From: Patescibacteria group bacterium
GTDB lineage: Bacteria; Patescibacteriota; Patescibacteriia; SG8-24
Length of the DNA: 64,000 nt
Assembly (NCBI GenBank): GCA_028714475.1
Contig: JAQTNC010000001.1
Coordinates: forward strand, 22,678-86,677
Reading direction: 5' to 3'
Each line of letters starts with the position of its first letter. Position 1 is the first letter of the stretch. The translations under genes were made by a program, and so were the position numbers. The notes beneath the pieces were generated by a model. It saw only the letters and a list, made by a program, of their open reading frames with translations. It ran no database searches and was not told the DNA's origin. Positions 1-8,556 of this stretch are shown piece by piece.

Positions 1-857
1 CGGTCGCGGAGCGCGGTTTCCATACCGATTGTTAGACGATGAGAGGAAGCACGCAGCTCGGCGGCCACGTCGCGCCGGTCCGGCACGAGCAGTTCCGCGG
101 CGTTGGTCGGCGTCGAGGCGCGCACGTCGGCGGCATAATCGGTCAGCGTCTCGTCGCGCTCGTGGCCCACGCCGACGACGACCGGCTGGCGCGAGCCAAA
201 CACCGCCCGCGCCACGTCCTCGGAATTGAATGCGGCCAAATCCTCAAGCGAACCGCCGCCGCGCACGAGCACGACGACCTCGGCCAACTCCGGATGACGG
301 TTGAAATGCTGGAAGGCCGAAACAATCTGTTCGGCCGCGTCACGGCCCTGCACCTGAACGTCAACATGATTGATGGCCAAGCCGCCCCAGCGGTTGCCGA
401 GAATGCGCAGGAAATCGCCGTAGGCCGCCGACTCGCCGGAAGCGATGAGACCGATGCGTTCAGGAAACCGCGGCAAAGGCCGCTTGCGCTCGGTCGCGAA
501 AAGGCCCTCCGCCGTGAGTTTGGCGCGCATGAGCTCGAAAGCACGGCGTAACGCGCCCTCCCCCACCGGCTCCGCCTTCTCCACGTTCAACGAAAACTTG
601 CCGCTCTTCGCGTGAACCTTCGGGTGCCCGTACGCGCGCACGCGCAAGCCGTCCTCAAGCGGCTGACGCATTTGCCAAACCGTCGAGAAGCAACTGACAA
701 CGGCCTCCTCATCCTTGAGCAGGAACCAAATCCACTTGCCCTGCGAGACGCGGTATTCCGCGACCTCACCTTCCACCCAAACGCCTTCTGGAAAAACCGC
801 CGTGGTCAAGGCGGTATTCAGGAATTCCACGAATTGCGAGACGGTGAAGGGATTCAT
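1..857 (-). CDS. xseA: exodeoxyribonuclease VII large subunit, N-terminal ~285 aa (gene runs off the window start)
   Basis: ATG on the minus strand at 857..855. Translation MNPFTVSQFVEFLNTALTTAVFPEGVWVEGEVAEYRVSQGKWIWFLLKDEE...LVRGGGSLEDLAAFNSEDVARAVFGSRQPVVVGVGHERDETLTDYAADVRASTPT matches the XseA OB-fold N-terminus and catalytic core. The frame is open to position 1. It is missing from the ORF track because it has no in-window stop. Confidence 0.8.
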   Translation of the reverse strand, partial: MNPFTVSQFVEFLNTALTTAVFPEGVWVEGEVAEYRVSQGKWIWFLLKDEEAVVSCFSTVWQMRQPLEDGLRVRAYGHPKVHAKSGKFSLNVEKAEPVGEGALRRAFELMRAKLTAEGLFATERKRPLPRFPERIGLIASGESAAYGDFLRILGNRWGGLAINHVDVQVQGRDAAEQIVSAFQHFNRHPELAEVVVLVRGGGSLEDLAAFNSEDVARAVFGSRQPVVVGVGHERDETLTDYAADVRASTPTNAAELLVPDRRDVAAELRASSHRLTIGMETALRD

Positions 858-862
858 GGGGG

Positions 863-933
863 TACGGAGAGACAGAGTGACAGAGAGACAGAGATGGGGG
901 GGTTCCGTAAATTCTTTTCTCTATGTCTCTATA
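863..933. repeat. gagacagag-word palindromic element
   Basis: gagagacagagtgacagagagacagagatggggg...ttctctatgtctctatatcac. Confidence 0.6.
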
Positions 934-2004
934 TCACTTCTTCTTAGCCTGCGTTTTCGTCTTTTCCGGCGTCGGATCAACAGGCGGCGTAGGAGGCACA
1001 AAAACGTACGTCTCCCCGTTCAGCGACCAGCCGGGTCGCGGTCCGCCACCGACTATGAATATGTAACGGTCAGCGGCGGCGGCACCTTCGGCATGAAGCG
1101 GTTGGGGCATTTCCCCGATCATGATCCATGCATGCCGAGCAACATCATAAGCGTCCACTTTGCCGGAGACGCCGGAACCGGTCAAGCCCCCGAAAACGAA
1201 CACCCGGCCGTCAAGATAAGCCATGGCAAAATCGCCTCGGCGCGAAGGCATGGGCATGGCCGCGTCCCAGGACGCTTCCACGTCATTGAACAGCTCGGCC
1301 TTGGATAGGCTTTCGACGGTCGTGCTGGCCAAGCCGCCGAAGACCAGGAAACTGTCGTCAATCGCTGCCGCCCCGCCCCGATCCCGCACGGTCAGCATCT
1401 CTTCGCCGCTCATCCAGTCGCCGCTCCCAGGATCGTAAACCCAGTGCGAGCTCAAGGCACCGGTGACGCCACGGCCGCCGAAAAGATGCATCTTGCCGTC
1501 GTGCACGGCTACGGCCGCGCCACCGATTGATTTCGGGATCGGTTTGCCTTCGGACCAGCGGTCGGTTTGCGGGTCATAGATGTAAAGGGAATCCGTCGGG
1601 CGTGACGCCCAGCCGAACAAACCGCCAGCGGCATAAAGCTTGCCGCCGATTTCGGCCAAGGCGACATGGTTTCGGGGCTGGGGCAGCGGCGCAACGATGG
1701 TCCAACGACCGGTGCGCACGTCCAGACATTCGACCGTGGCGACGGTGCGGTACCAGGCGTCCACGCCGCCGACAACACAAACGCGGCCGGCGACGGTCGC
1801 GGCCGCGACGCCAGTACGCGGAGTCGGCATGGGGTCGGCCTGGAGCCAGTAGCCTTCCGTGCGGGTGGGCGTCGGCGCGCCGAAAACGTACGGCGCTAAA
1901 CCCGGCCGCTCCGGCTCCAAGCCGAGTGGATCAAAACCGCGAACGTACCAGAGGTAGCCGTAGACTGCCGCGGCCAGCAGGAGGATGTATATGACTTTCT
2001 TCAT
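934..2004 (-). CDS. Kelch-repeat beta-propeller protein with N-terminal membrane anchor
   Basis: 356-aa ORF with ATG start. N-terminal hydrophobic helix MKKVIYILLLAAAVYGYLW. Repeated GG..(Y/F)..GG and W..(I/V)..(M/L)P motifs typical of Kelch blades (VVGGVDAWY, LYAAGGLFGW, MHLFGGRG, FLVFGG, VFVFGGL, IFIVGGG). Confidence 0.7.
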   Translation of the reverse strand: MKKVIYILLLAAAVYGYLWYVRGFDPLGLEPERPGLAPYVFGAPTPTRTEGYWLQADPMPTPRTGVAAATVAGRVCVVGGVDAWYRTVATVECLDVRTGRWTIVAPLPQPRNHVALAEIGGKLYAAGGLFGWASRPTDSLYIYDPQTDRWSEGKPIPKSIGGAAVAVHDGKMHLFGGRGVTGALSSHWVYDPGSGDWMSGEEMLTVRDRGGAAAIDDSFLVFGGLASTTVESLSKAELFNDVEASWDAAMPMPSRRGDFAMAYLDGRVFVFGGLTGSGVSGKVDAYDVARHAWIMIGEMPQPLHAEGAAAADRYIFIVGGGPRPGWSLNGETYVFVPPTPPVDPTPEKTKTQAKKK

Positions 2005-2035
2005 GATAATACTAAATAAGCGGCGGTGGACCGAA

Positions 2036-2115
2036 GAGCTGAAGATAGGGAGTTCTGAAGTGCTGGAGTCTTCAGTACTTCAGAACTTCAGCACTTCCAC
2101 GCTTCAGCACTCCAA
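2036..2115. repeat. ctgaagtgctggag-family imperfect palindromic intergenic element
   Basis: gttctgaagtgctggagtcttcagtacttcagaacttcagcacttccacgcttcagcactcc is built from ctgaag/ctggag words and their complements. Related copies lie at 11556-11621, 23062-23145 and 28966-29100. Confidence 0.7.
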
Positions 2116-2119
2116 TCTC

Positions 2120-3001
2120 CTACGGCTGCAAAACGTCCTCCGTCCGGCCGTCAATGCTGATGACGACATCACGAACCTCCGGGAACTGCTTGAGCGTCTG
2201 GATGATCTGCGACCGAATGGCAATCACGCGACAGGAACCGCCGATGCCTTTCTCCAGGCTCGGCTTGAAGTCCGCCGTCACGACGCCGCTGCCGTCCGTC
2301 GTCACGGACTCGAGCCCAGCGCCAGCCGGCAAGGAGGTGAAATAGCCCGAATTTTTTTCCGCGTCGGTCGGGCCCTTGAGCAGTTCCGTCAGGGCCTGAT
2401 GATAAATTGATCCCTTTGACGACACGACACGCTCGACCGACCGCACCACGGAACAATCCGTGCCGCCGTCAGCCGTAGTGCCGAAAAAAACGCGGATGGA
2501 CACGGTGTCCAACTGGACGAACGAGACGTGCCGCACCTCGACCGGCGACAGCTGGCCGTCATGCTCATAGGAAACCTCGACCGTGCCGTTGCCCTGAACG
2601 GTCGCGGGCAAGGCGAAGGACTGGCTGAAGCGGCCGAAGGCGGACGACTGGCTTTCGCGGATGACCGAAACGCGCGTGGCGGCGATGACGGCACCCGTCT
2701 CGTCCTTGACGGTGACAGTCAGGTCGCCGATGTCCGTTCGCGCCCGACCGGCCGCGTCAAAAGACAGGGACAGCCTTGCCCCTTCGGCCGGGGTTTCCAA
2801 AACCACCGCCGAGACCGGATCCGTCGCCCCTGAAGACGACGGCGAGGCATCCTTGGGCGGCACGGCCGGCAGGGCGGTTTGATCGTTCTTGACGCTGGAC
2901 AAGGCCGGTTCCGGCTGGATAGTCGGAGCGGTTAGGCGCCCAACAGAAAATCCGGCGACGGCCACGATGACCACGAGAAGGATGAAAACGATTTTTTTCA
3001 T
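2120..3001 (-). CDS. GerMN-domain protein, membrane anchored
   Basis: Internal ATG at 3001 begins MKKIVFILLVVIVAVAGF (signal/anchor). C-terminal region FFGTTADGGTDCSVVRSVERVV...YHQALTELLKGPT...VISIDG resembles the GerMN/Gmad2 fold. The upstream 75 codons of the track ORF are arginine-rich and lack a signal, so they are probably not translated. Confidence 0.6.
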   Translation of the reverse strand: MKKIVFILLVVIVAVAGFSVGRLTAPTIQPEPALSSVKNDQTALPAVPPKDASPSSSGATDPVSAVVLETPAEGARLSLSFDAAGRARTDIGDLTVTVKDETGAVIAATRVSVIRESQSSAFGRFSQSFALPATVQGNGTVEVSYEHDGQLSPVEVRHVSFVQLDTVSIRVFFGTTADGGTDCSVVRSVERVVSSKGSIYHQALTELLKGPTDAEKNSGYFTSLPAGAGLESVTTDGSGVVTADFKPSLEKGIGGSCRVIAIRSQIIQTLKQFPEVRDVVISIDGRTEDVLQP

Positions 3002-3119
3002 GGGTTTAACATCAAACTTCCAACGAATGGATGATACCAGATTACGGGGCGTGAGCGAAGTTCGGCCGACGTCCCTTTGACAGCAAAAGGTTATCAAAAT
3101 CCAGGGTAAAAACCCTGGT

Positions 3120-3128
3120 TGTGGATAA
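3120..3128 (-). promoter_or_regulatory. perfect DnaA-box 9-mer (TTATCCACA on the minus strand)
   Basis: TGTGGATAA, preceded by the hairpin CCAGGGtaaaaaCCCTGG. About 120 nt upstream of the GerMN gene start. Confidence 0.5.
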
Positions 3129-3155
3129 GAAACGTTAATAACAACTAGACGGACT

Positions 3156-6100
3156 CTAAACGCTCGCCTGACCACGGCGCAACACAATGGCGAGCCCGAT
3201 ACCCAAGGCGACGACCACGAGGGCAATCGCGCCGATGACGTACCAGCGCATCATCTGATTCATCGGTTCCTCCACCGCGACCACGGAAACCGGCTTGAAG
3301 TAATCCTGTTCGCTCACGGCCTGGGCTTCGGCGACGAAGAACGACAGCGGCGCGCTTTTTGCCTGAATCTTGCCGGTATCGTCGGTGACGGCGACATAGG
3401 CGGTATGTTCGCCGTCGGTGAGCGAATCCGCCAGCTCATACTCCCAGTTGCCGCTTTCGTCCGCCGTCGTCGTGAGGACGAGCGGCAGGTAGGAGTAGAT
3501 GAAGATGGTCACTGTCTCGCCGGGCCGAGCCTTGCCCTGAAAGGTCGTTTGCGGCGGCGCTTCGCCCTCTGCTGGCGTGACGTTCGCGCTCTCCACGGCC
3601 ATGTCCGCCGATTCCTCGCCCGCAACCCGCGGCTGTTCCATCGGCACGCCGGAAACGATGGCCGCGTCCACTGGCGTCACCTTGATCAGTGACTCACCCA
3701 ACTTGCCCGGACCGAGCGGGTTGTAGCCGTTCTTCACCTCGTCGCTGTCGCTGTAGCCGTCGCCATCCGTGTCGGACTTGAGCGGGTCGGCCCCCCACCG
3801 CTTCTCCACGTCATCCGGCAAGCCGTCGCCATCGGAATCAATCATGAGCACGGCGGGCACGGCTTCATGGTTCGTCGTGGCGTCCGTCCTCACCAAGGCC
3901 GGCGACGCCTGAACCTTGAAGGTGGTCTCCTTGTTCGACTGTAACGGGATGTTCTCCGCGAGAATCGTCGCGGTCGTGGCGGCCGTCGGTTTCTCGGGCG
4001 GCATTTCGGTTGGCGGGGCGGCCGGTGTTTCGCCCGGTTCGGGCTCGGCCGGCTTTTCCGGACGCTGGAACTTGATGACCGTGCCGACGAGCGGCGTTAC
4101 GGCCGTCTGCAACTCATTGAGTTTGGTAGCCGACAGGAGGCCGACGGTCTGCTGGGCCACCTGATCCGGCGTCAAATCACGGCTGACCTGACCGAGATAA
4201 GCGACGCACTCCTCCTTGGTGATGATGCCGGCTTGGCGGCACTTGTCGTTGCGGCTGCGGAATGCCAGCCATTCGTCGCACCGGTTGGCGGGGATGTTGT
4301 TCTTCACGCATTCGGCGTCCAGACGGCTGACGGCATCAGTGATCTGCGCCGAGAGCGGCGCGGTCTCGAAAGGCTTCGTCCCGGTCGGCGTTTCCTGCGC
4401 GGCGGCGCGGATGGCTTCCGGGGGGAGGACAACGACGGTCGAGAGCGGCACTGGCGGCGGAACCGGTGGGATGACGGTGCCCGGCTTCTCCTGGGTCGGC
4501 GGCAACTGGTTGGCGACCAGCGTATAGACCGGCAGGCTGCTCGCGCGCCGACTGCCGGAAACAGCCATGACGACGACGCCGTAGCGACCGTCGGCACTCA
4601 CGGTCGTGTCCCACAGGCCCACCCAACGCCTGGATTCCGGCGCGAAGATGGCGGGCTTATCCTGCTGGAAAGAGCCGTCCGTCGCCTTGATGAGGAAGGT
4701 CACGGACTCCGGCCCGCCCGTGACTTCGGCCGCGAGCAGCGCCACACCCTTGATCGTGTACGGCAAGCCCACCACCTTGGCGGCGAGCGGCGGAAGTGGG
4801 GCTTCCGGCGTTCCGGTGGGCGGCGCGGTCGACGGAATTTCGGTGGTCGGCGGCGTGGAAACCAGATTGTCTATCTTGACGTCAACCGACGCACTTTCGC
4901 CGGCAAACTGCCCATTCACCATGGCCTTGGCCCGGACGCGATACGCGCCGTTAGGCATATGGGCGGTATCCACGGTCGCGCTCCACACTCCGTCTGTCCC
5001 AGGTATGGCGGGCGTCACGAAGGGCGCTGAACTCGCGGTCGCAACCGGCTCAAGGATGAATTGCACGGAACCCGGCTGGCCCTCGACTTCCGCCCGGAAA
5101 ACGACGCTGCCGGAAAGCGTCGCCCCGTTGCCCGGAGCGCCAAGGGTGACCTTGAGCGCGGTCGGCGGCGACGCAGCCTCATTGGTCACGTAAACGCCGA
5201 TGAGTTCGCTCTCGACCCAGTCCGTGCCGAAACGCGCCCTGGCTTTCACCTGATATTGGCCATTGGCCGCGGCCAGGGTGTCCCAAACGGCGTTCCAGAC
5301 CAAACCGGCGGCATCGCTCATGGCCGGCCGCGTGAGCGGTTGCGCGTTGGCGCTGCCGGTGATCGCAAAGACAACCTCGTCAGCCTTGCGGCTCACAGTT
5401 GCGGACAGGCTGGCGGACTGTCGTAGAATCGCGCCGGAAAGCGGCATCGTCACGACCGGGGCGTTCGGCGGCGGCGTCGAGGTCGTCTCGTACCGGAATG
5501 GCCGTGGGCCAGCCGCGGCCAGACGATTGTTGTTGGCGTCGTAGGCCTCAACCGTCAAATCCAGATCCGCGGCGGTCGTGATGGACGGTGTCCATGACGC
5601 TGACCAAGTGCTGTTCGTCTTGGTGCCGTTAACGGAGAAAAGCGGGGTGGCCGTGGCGGAAGCGCCACGCGGATAGACGCGGAAGAGGAGGCGCGAAAGG
5701 CCGCTGCCGGAAGCCGTCGCGGACAGGTTGACGGGACTCACGCGCAACACGACATCGTTCGCCGGGGCAAGAATCTGCACCGTGACCGTGGTGGTTTGAC
5801 CGGGCGCGAAATTGAACGTCCGCGGCCCCTCGCTGTTCAGGCGAACGGATGCCGAATCCAAGGCGTATACATAAAGGTCAAACAAGCCCGTCGTGCCGGT
5901 CGGCGGCGTCCAGTTGGCGGTCCAAGTGTTGGCCGCGGTGGCCGCGACCGTACCGGGGATTTCGGCGAAAGGTGTGCCGGTCGGCGGAACGCCCGGCGGG
6001 AATATTCGGAACTTGACCTGGCTCACGCCGGTGCCGGTGACCGTGGCGGACATCGGCATGGTGGCCGACGAGATGGTGGCGTTCACCGCTGGCGCGCCGA

Positions 6101-8399
6101 TCACGACGGTCACGGCCTGATTGCCTGGCGGGGCATAGTTAAACCCGACCCAAGCGGACTCGGCCATGACTGCATTCGCGGAGTTCTTGGCCACGACGCT
6201 GGCCTCATAAGCGCCGGCGACCGCGTCAGCGCTGTTCCATGAGGCACTCCAGCCCCCGGTCGCGGCATCGCGCGCGGTGACGATTATTTCCGTGGCGGCC
6301 GACGCTCCGGAGCGCCGAATGCGAAAAGCCGTCTGGGTCACCTCCGCGCCCGAGGAATTCGCCGAAAGCATGAGGGGCATGGCCGTCAACGTCTGGCCGG
6401 CCGTCGGCAATGTCATCGTCACGGTCGCGGTCGAAGTGGATGGCGAAAACTTGAAACTGCGCGGCTCGCTAATCGCCAGAACCGCGCTACTGGAACTCAA
6501 GGCGTAAGCGCGAACGTCGAACCAGCCGCTGATTCCGGACGCCGGGCTCCAGGAGCCGGACCAGGCATTGGCGCTGCCGCTCCCCGTCACTTCCGTGATG
6601 GGTGCGGCCGTCGTCGGCTGCCCTTGGGTCCAGACCTTGAAGACAACCTTGTTCACGCCCGTGCCGGTCGTGTTGGCCGAGAGGCTGACCGGGCTCGCGG
6701 TATAAACCGTGCTGGCAGCCGGAGCTGTCATGGCGGCGACGACCGTCGAAGACGGCGCATAGTTGAAGCCGACCCGCGATGATTCGCTCACGATGGCGCC
6801 GCCCGCGGACGTCTTGGTCACGGCCTGCGCCTCGTAACTCCCGGCCGCCGCGGTCGAGCTGTTCCACGAGGCCTGCCAGCTCTTCCCTTGGCTGGCGGAC
6901 ACCGTCGTGCCGTCAACCGTGACGAGCGGCGTTGAGCCACCGGGCAGGTAAATCCGGAAACTGACGGCCGCGACCGTATCCGTCGTGGAGGCGGTGAGCG
7001 CTATCGGCATGGCGGTCAGGTTCAGTCCTGAAGTGGGCGTCACGATGCTCACGGAGGCCGTGGATGACGGCGTATATTGGAAACCGCGCGGCTCGGTCTG
7101 GGCGAGGACGACGCTCGTCGAACTCATGGCAAAAGCGCGGACCTCAAAGCCGCCGTTATATCCTGCCGCCGGCGTCCAATTGGCGGTCCAGACGTTGCCG
7201 CCCATCGTCCCCGTCACTTCCGCCACCGGAGCGGCCGTCACCGGCTGACCCGGTGTCCAAACCTTGAAGACGACCTGGCTCACGCCCGTGCCGGTCGTGT
7301 TGGCCGTGAAGCCAATCGGTGCCGCGGTGAAAACCGAGGCGGCCGCCGGCGCGCCGAGGCTGATTGAGACCTGTGGCGTCGGCGAATACTGGAAGGACAC
7401 CCTCGATCCTTCCTTGATGACCGCCTGGTTCTGACCGATGACGACGGCTTGCGCTTCGTACGCCCCGCCGGCGACGCCACTGGAATTCCATGTGCCACTC
7501 CAACTCATGCCCTGGCTTCCGGATATGCTCATGCCGGGAAACGAGTAAAGCGGCGTCATCCCATTGGGTTGGAAAATGCGGAAATCAACCGCGTAGGCGC
7601 TCACGGAGGTCGTGGCGGAAAGCGCGATCGGCATGGCCGTCAGGTTCAAGCCGGCCGTGGGTGTCACCAGACTGACGGAAATGTTGTTTGGCGGGTTGTA
7701 ACTGAACGGGCGCGGGCCGTCCGCCGCGAGTTGGGTGTTAACCGCGTCGGTAACGACCGCCGTGACCTGGTAGTTGCCGGCCGGGCGGGACGTCTCGTTC
7801 CAATGGGCGGTCCAGTAATTCCCGCTAAGCGCGCCGGTGATTTCGGCAATCGGCGGCTCGGTGGAAGACGCGCCCTGCGGCTGAACGCGGAAACGCACCA
7901 GGAAGCCGGCCGGGCCGGACGCGGTGGCCGAAAAGGTTATCGGCATGGCGGTAAAGGAAGTGCCGCTCGCCGGGGACGTGAGCGACACGGTCGCGTTCGT
8001 CAACGTCTGGTTATAGACGTAGAAAGGCCGCACCTCGTCGTTGGTTGACACGCGCACCCCTTCGACATAGGCGCTCGCCTGAACGGTATAAGAGCCGTTC
8101 TGGCTGGTCGTCGAATCCCAACGGCAAGTCCAGTTCGTGCCGGTCGTGCCGGCGGTGGCTGGGCAAACGACGGCCGTGCCTCCGGTCGGGACGATGTTGA
8201 AGCGCACCTCGCTGACCGCCTGATCGGTCATCGCCTCGAACGAGAAGGTGCCGCTCACGCTGGTGCCGGCCGCCGGCGTGACGAGCGCAACCGTCGGCGT
8301 CACCGCCTGCGCCATCGGAGCCATAGGCAAACCGGCCACGGCAACCAACGTTGCCGACGCCAAGGTTTTCCTGATTTTGGCCAAAACAGTCGTGCGCAT
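3156..8399 (-). CDS. giant (1748 aa) cell-surface protein: signal peptide, about 12 alternating Ig-like repeats, Cys-rich module, thrombospondin type-3 repeats, Ig-like domain, C-terminal TM anchor
   Basis: ATG at 8399 gives MRTTVLAKIRKTLASATLVAVAGLPMAPMAQA (signal peptide). Two alternating ~100-aa repeat types follow (LTAMPIALSATT...W.SSW.S...GSYEAQAV and VFKVWT.GQP.TAAP..EVTG...W.A.W.P..G..G.F.VRA.A). Then DSDGDGLPDDVEKRWGADPLKSDTDGDGYSDSDE (TSP3 repeats), and the C-terminus WYVIGAIALVVVALGIGLAIVLRRG. The upstream 88 codons of the track ORF are R-rich and unlikely to be coding. Confidence 0.75.
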   Translation of the reverse strand: MRTTVLAKIRKTLASATLVAVAGLPMAPMAQAVTPTVALVTPAAGTSVSGTFSFEAMTDQAVSEVRFNIVPTGGTAVVCPATAGTTGTNWTCRWDSTTSQNGSYTVQASAYVEGVRVSTNDEVRPFYVYNQTLTNATVSLTSPASGTSFTAMPITFSATASGPAGFLVRFRVQPQGASSTEPPIAEITGALSGNYWTAHWNETSRPAGNYQVTAVVTDAVNTQLAADGPRPFSYNPPNNISVSLVTPTAGLNLTAMPIALSATTSVSAYAVDFRIFQPNGMTPLYSFPGMSISGSQGMSWSGTWNSSGVAGGAYEAQAVVIGQNQAVIKEGSRVSFQYSPTPQVSISLGAPAAASVFTAAPIGFTANTTGTGVSQVVFKVWTPGQPVTAAPVAEVTGTMGGNVWTANWTPAAGYNGGFEVRAFAMSSTSVVLAQTEPRGFQYTPSSTASVSIVTPTSGLNLTAMPIALTASTTDTVAAVSFRIYLPGGSTPLVTVDGTTVSASQGKSWQASWNSSTAAAGSYEAQAVTKTSAGGAIVSESSRVGFNYAPSSTVVAAMTAPAASTVYTASPVSLSANTTGTGVNKVVFKVWTQGQPTTAAPITEVTGSGSANAWSGSWSPASGISGWFDVRAYALSSSSAVLAISEPRSFKFSPSTSTATVTMTLPTAGQTLTAMPLMLSANSSGAEVTQTAFRIRRSGASAATEIIVTARDAATGGWSASWNSADAVAGAYEASVVAKNSANAVMAESAWVGFNYAPPGNQAVTVVIGAPAVNATISSATMPMSATVTGTGVSQVKFRIFPPGVPPTGTPFAEIPGTVAATAANTWTANWTPPTGTTGLFDLYVYALDSASVRLNSEGPRTFNFAPGQTTTVTVQILAPANDVVLRVSPVNLSATASGSGLSRLLFRVYPRGASATATPLFSVNGTKTNSTWSASWTPSITTAADLDLTVEAYDANNNRLAAAGPRPFRYETTSTPPPNAPVVTMPLSGAILRQSASLSATVSRKADEVVFAITGSANAQPLTRPAMSDAAGLVWNAVWDTLAAANGQYQVKARARFGTDWVESELIGVYVTNEAASPPTALKVTLGAPGNGATLSGSVVFRAEVEGQPGSVQFILEPVATASSAPFVTPAIPGTDGVWSATVDTAHMPNGAYRVRAKAMVNGQFAGESASVDVKIDNLVSTPPTTEIPSTAPPTGTPEAPLPPLAAKVVGLPYTIKGVALLAAEVTGGPESVTFLIKATDGSFQQDKPAIFAPESRRWVGLWDTTVSADGRYGVVVMAVSGSRRASSLPVYTLVANQLPPTQEKPGTVIPPVPPPVPLSTVVVLPPEAIRAAAQETPTGTKPFETAPLSAQITDAVSRLDAECVKNNIPANRCDEWLAFRSRNDKCRQAGIITKEECVAYLGQVSRDLTPDQVAQQTVGLLSATKLNELQTAVTPLVGTVIKFQRPEKPAEPEPGETPAAPPTEMPPEKPTAATTATILAENIPLQSNKETTFKVQASPALVRTDATTNHEAVPAVLMIDSDGDGLPDDVEKRWGADPLKSDTDGDGYSDSDEVKNGYNPLGPGKLGESLIKVTPVDAAIVSGVPMEQPRVAGEESADMAVESANVTPAEGEAPPQTTFQGKARPGETVTIFIYSYLPLVLTTTADESGNWEYELADSLTDGEHTAYVAVTDDTGKIQAKSAPLSFFVAEAQAVSEQDYFKPVSVVAVEEPMNQMMRWYVIGAIALVVVALGIGLAIVLRRGQASV

Positions 8400-8556
8400 G
8401 CCCTTGTCCAGCCTTTTCCGAAGCGCCGATAAACGCCCTCCGGGCCGTGCCAGAAAAAATATCTTTATAGATAAATTATAGCGTTTTTTCGCTCGGCTGA
8501 CAATATATTCCAAAACGACGCCGGATTGGCGTCGCTTCTGTCCTACAAAACCGAAA

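Noticed and set aside
4233-5030. 265-aa and other plus-strand ORFs inside 3400-8000
   Set aside because: All are antisense to the giant surface-protein gene. Arginine/glycine-rich junk proteins.
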